Assembly (NCBI RefSeq): GCF_006345805.1
Contig: NW_021829062.1
Location: 1 to 6,950 of the forward strand
DNA length: 6,950 nt
Origin: Octopus sinensis
Lineage: Eukaryota
Reading direction: 5' to 3'
In this document: one piece after another, positions 6,346-6,950 of the stretch
Layout: every line of letters begins with the position of its first letter
Numbering within the stretch: the first letter of the stretch is position 1
Notes under the pieces: generated by a model
What the model was told of the DNA's origin: nothing
Seen by the model: only the letters and a program-made list of their open reading frames with translations
Database searches by the model: none
Program-made: the position numbers and the translations under genes

Positions 6346-6745
6346 GGCGCAGGAGTGGCTGTGTGGTAAGTAGCTTGCTAACCAACCACATGGTTCCGGG
6401 TTCAGTCCCACTGCGTGGCAGCTTGGGCAAATGTCTTCTGCTATAGCCCCGCCGCCGACCAATGCCTTGTGAGTGGATTTGGTAGACGGAAACTGAAAAA
6501 CCTGTCGTATATAGGATATATATAATATATATGTGTGTGTGTGTTGTTTGTCCCCCTAGCATTGCTTGACAACCGATGCTGGTGTGTTTACGTCCCCGTC
6601 ACTTAGCGGTTCGGCAAAAGAGACCGATAGAATAAGTACTGGGCTTACAAAGAATAAGTCCCGGGGTCGATTTGCTCGACTAAAGGTGGTGCTCCAGCAT
6701 GGCCGCAGTCAAATGACTGAAACAAGTAAAAAGAGTAAAAGAGTA
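6346..6745 (+). mobile_element. Family A tRNA-derived CORE-like SINE, full length (best-preserved copy)
   Basis: Head ggcgcaggag, A-box-like tggctgtgtgg (6356-6366) and B box ggttcagtccc (6399-6409). The segment cttgggcaaatg resembles the CORE/MIR ccttgggcaagt. It has an internal (TA)/(TG) microsatellite, the hairpin gtcgatttgctcgac (6666-6680) and the tail aaaaagagtaaaagagta. It resembles described octopus tRNA-derived SINEs (OK/OR group), but the exact family is not determined. Confidence 0.93.
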
Positions 6746-6798
6746 TGTGCGGTGCGTATTGTTATTCTTGTAACCGGGGAAGTGGGTAGTTAAGATGA

Positions 6799-6803
6799 TT
6801 TTT
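6799..6803 (+). terminator. Candidate Pol III terminator (T5) for the SINE at 6346
   Basis: This is the first run of 4 or more T downstream of the SINE start. There is none inside 6346-6745. Confidence 0.35.
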
Positions 6804-6950
6804 GGAAATCCTTTTTCAGAAATTTTGGCTCTTATTTCTGGCTTTTGATGAAACTTCATTTACACTTCCTACGCCTCATCTGTACGTTCGAAATGTGTCT
6901 ATGATTCACAAATGAGCAGAGGAGTTTAAAAACATCTGGAATGTTAATAT

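Noticed and set aside
6330-6765. TSD for the full-length family A SINE
   Set aside because: The 5' flank (cacgcattata) and 3' flank (tgtgcggtgcg) share no direct repeat longer than about 2 nt.

Overview
This is eukaryotic, repeat-dominated DNA with no credible protein-coding gene. Every long ORF in the track is a translated microsatellite or lies inside a repeat. The SINE motifs and the very high microsatellite density suggest an octopus (coleoid cephalopod) intron or intergenic region; this rests on recall and inference, not a database search. Three tRNA-derived SINE families can be delimited by comparing copies within the window; the labels A, B and C are mine. Family A has a CORE-like segment and an internal microsatellite, with 5 copies or fragments on both strands. 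Family B has a tRNA-like head and one copy, nested in a family A tail with a perfect 11-bp TSD. Family C has one internally triplicated 582-bp element bounded by a single decayed 19-bp TSD, plus one old fragment. There is also a roughly 410-bp unclassified element embedded in (ATT)n, and several large simple-repeat arrays, one with higher-order structure. I see no new gene system. The most unusual signals are the multimeric SINE with a hairpin-forming tail-to-head junction, a 3' stem-loop module shared by families A and C, and the SINE-in-SINE insertion.
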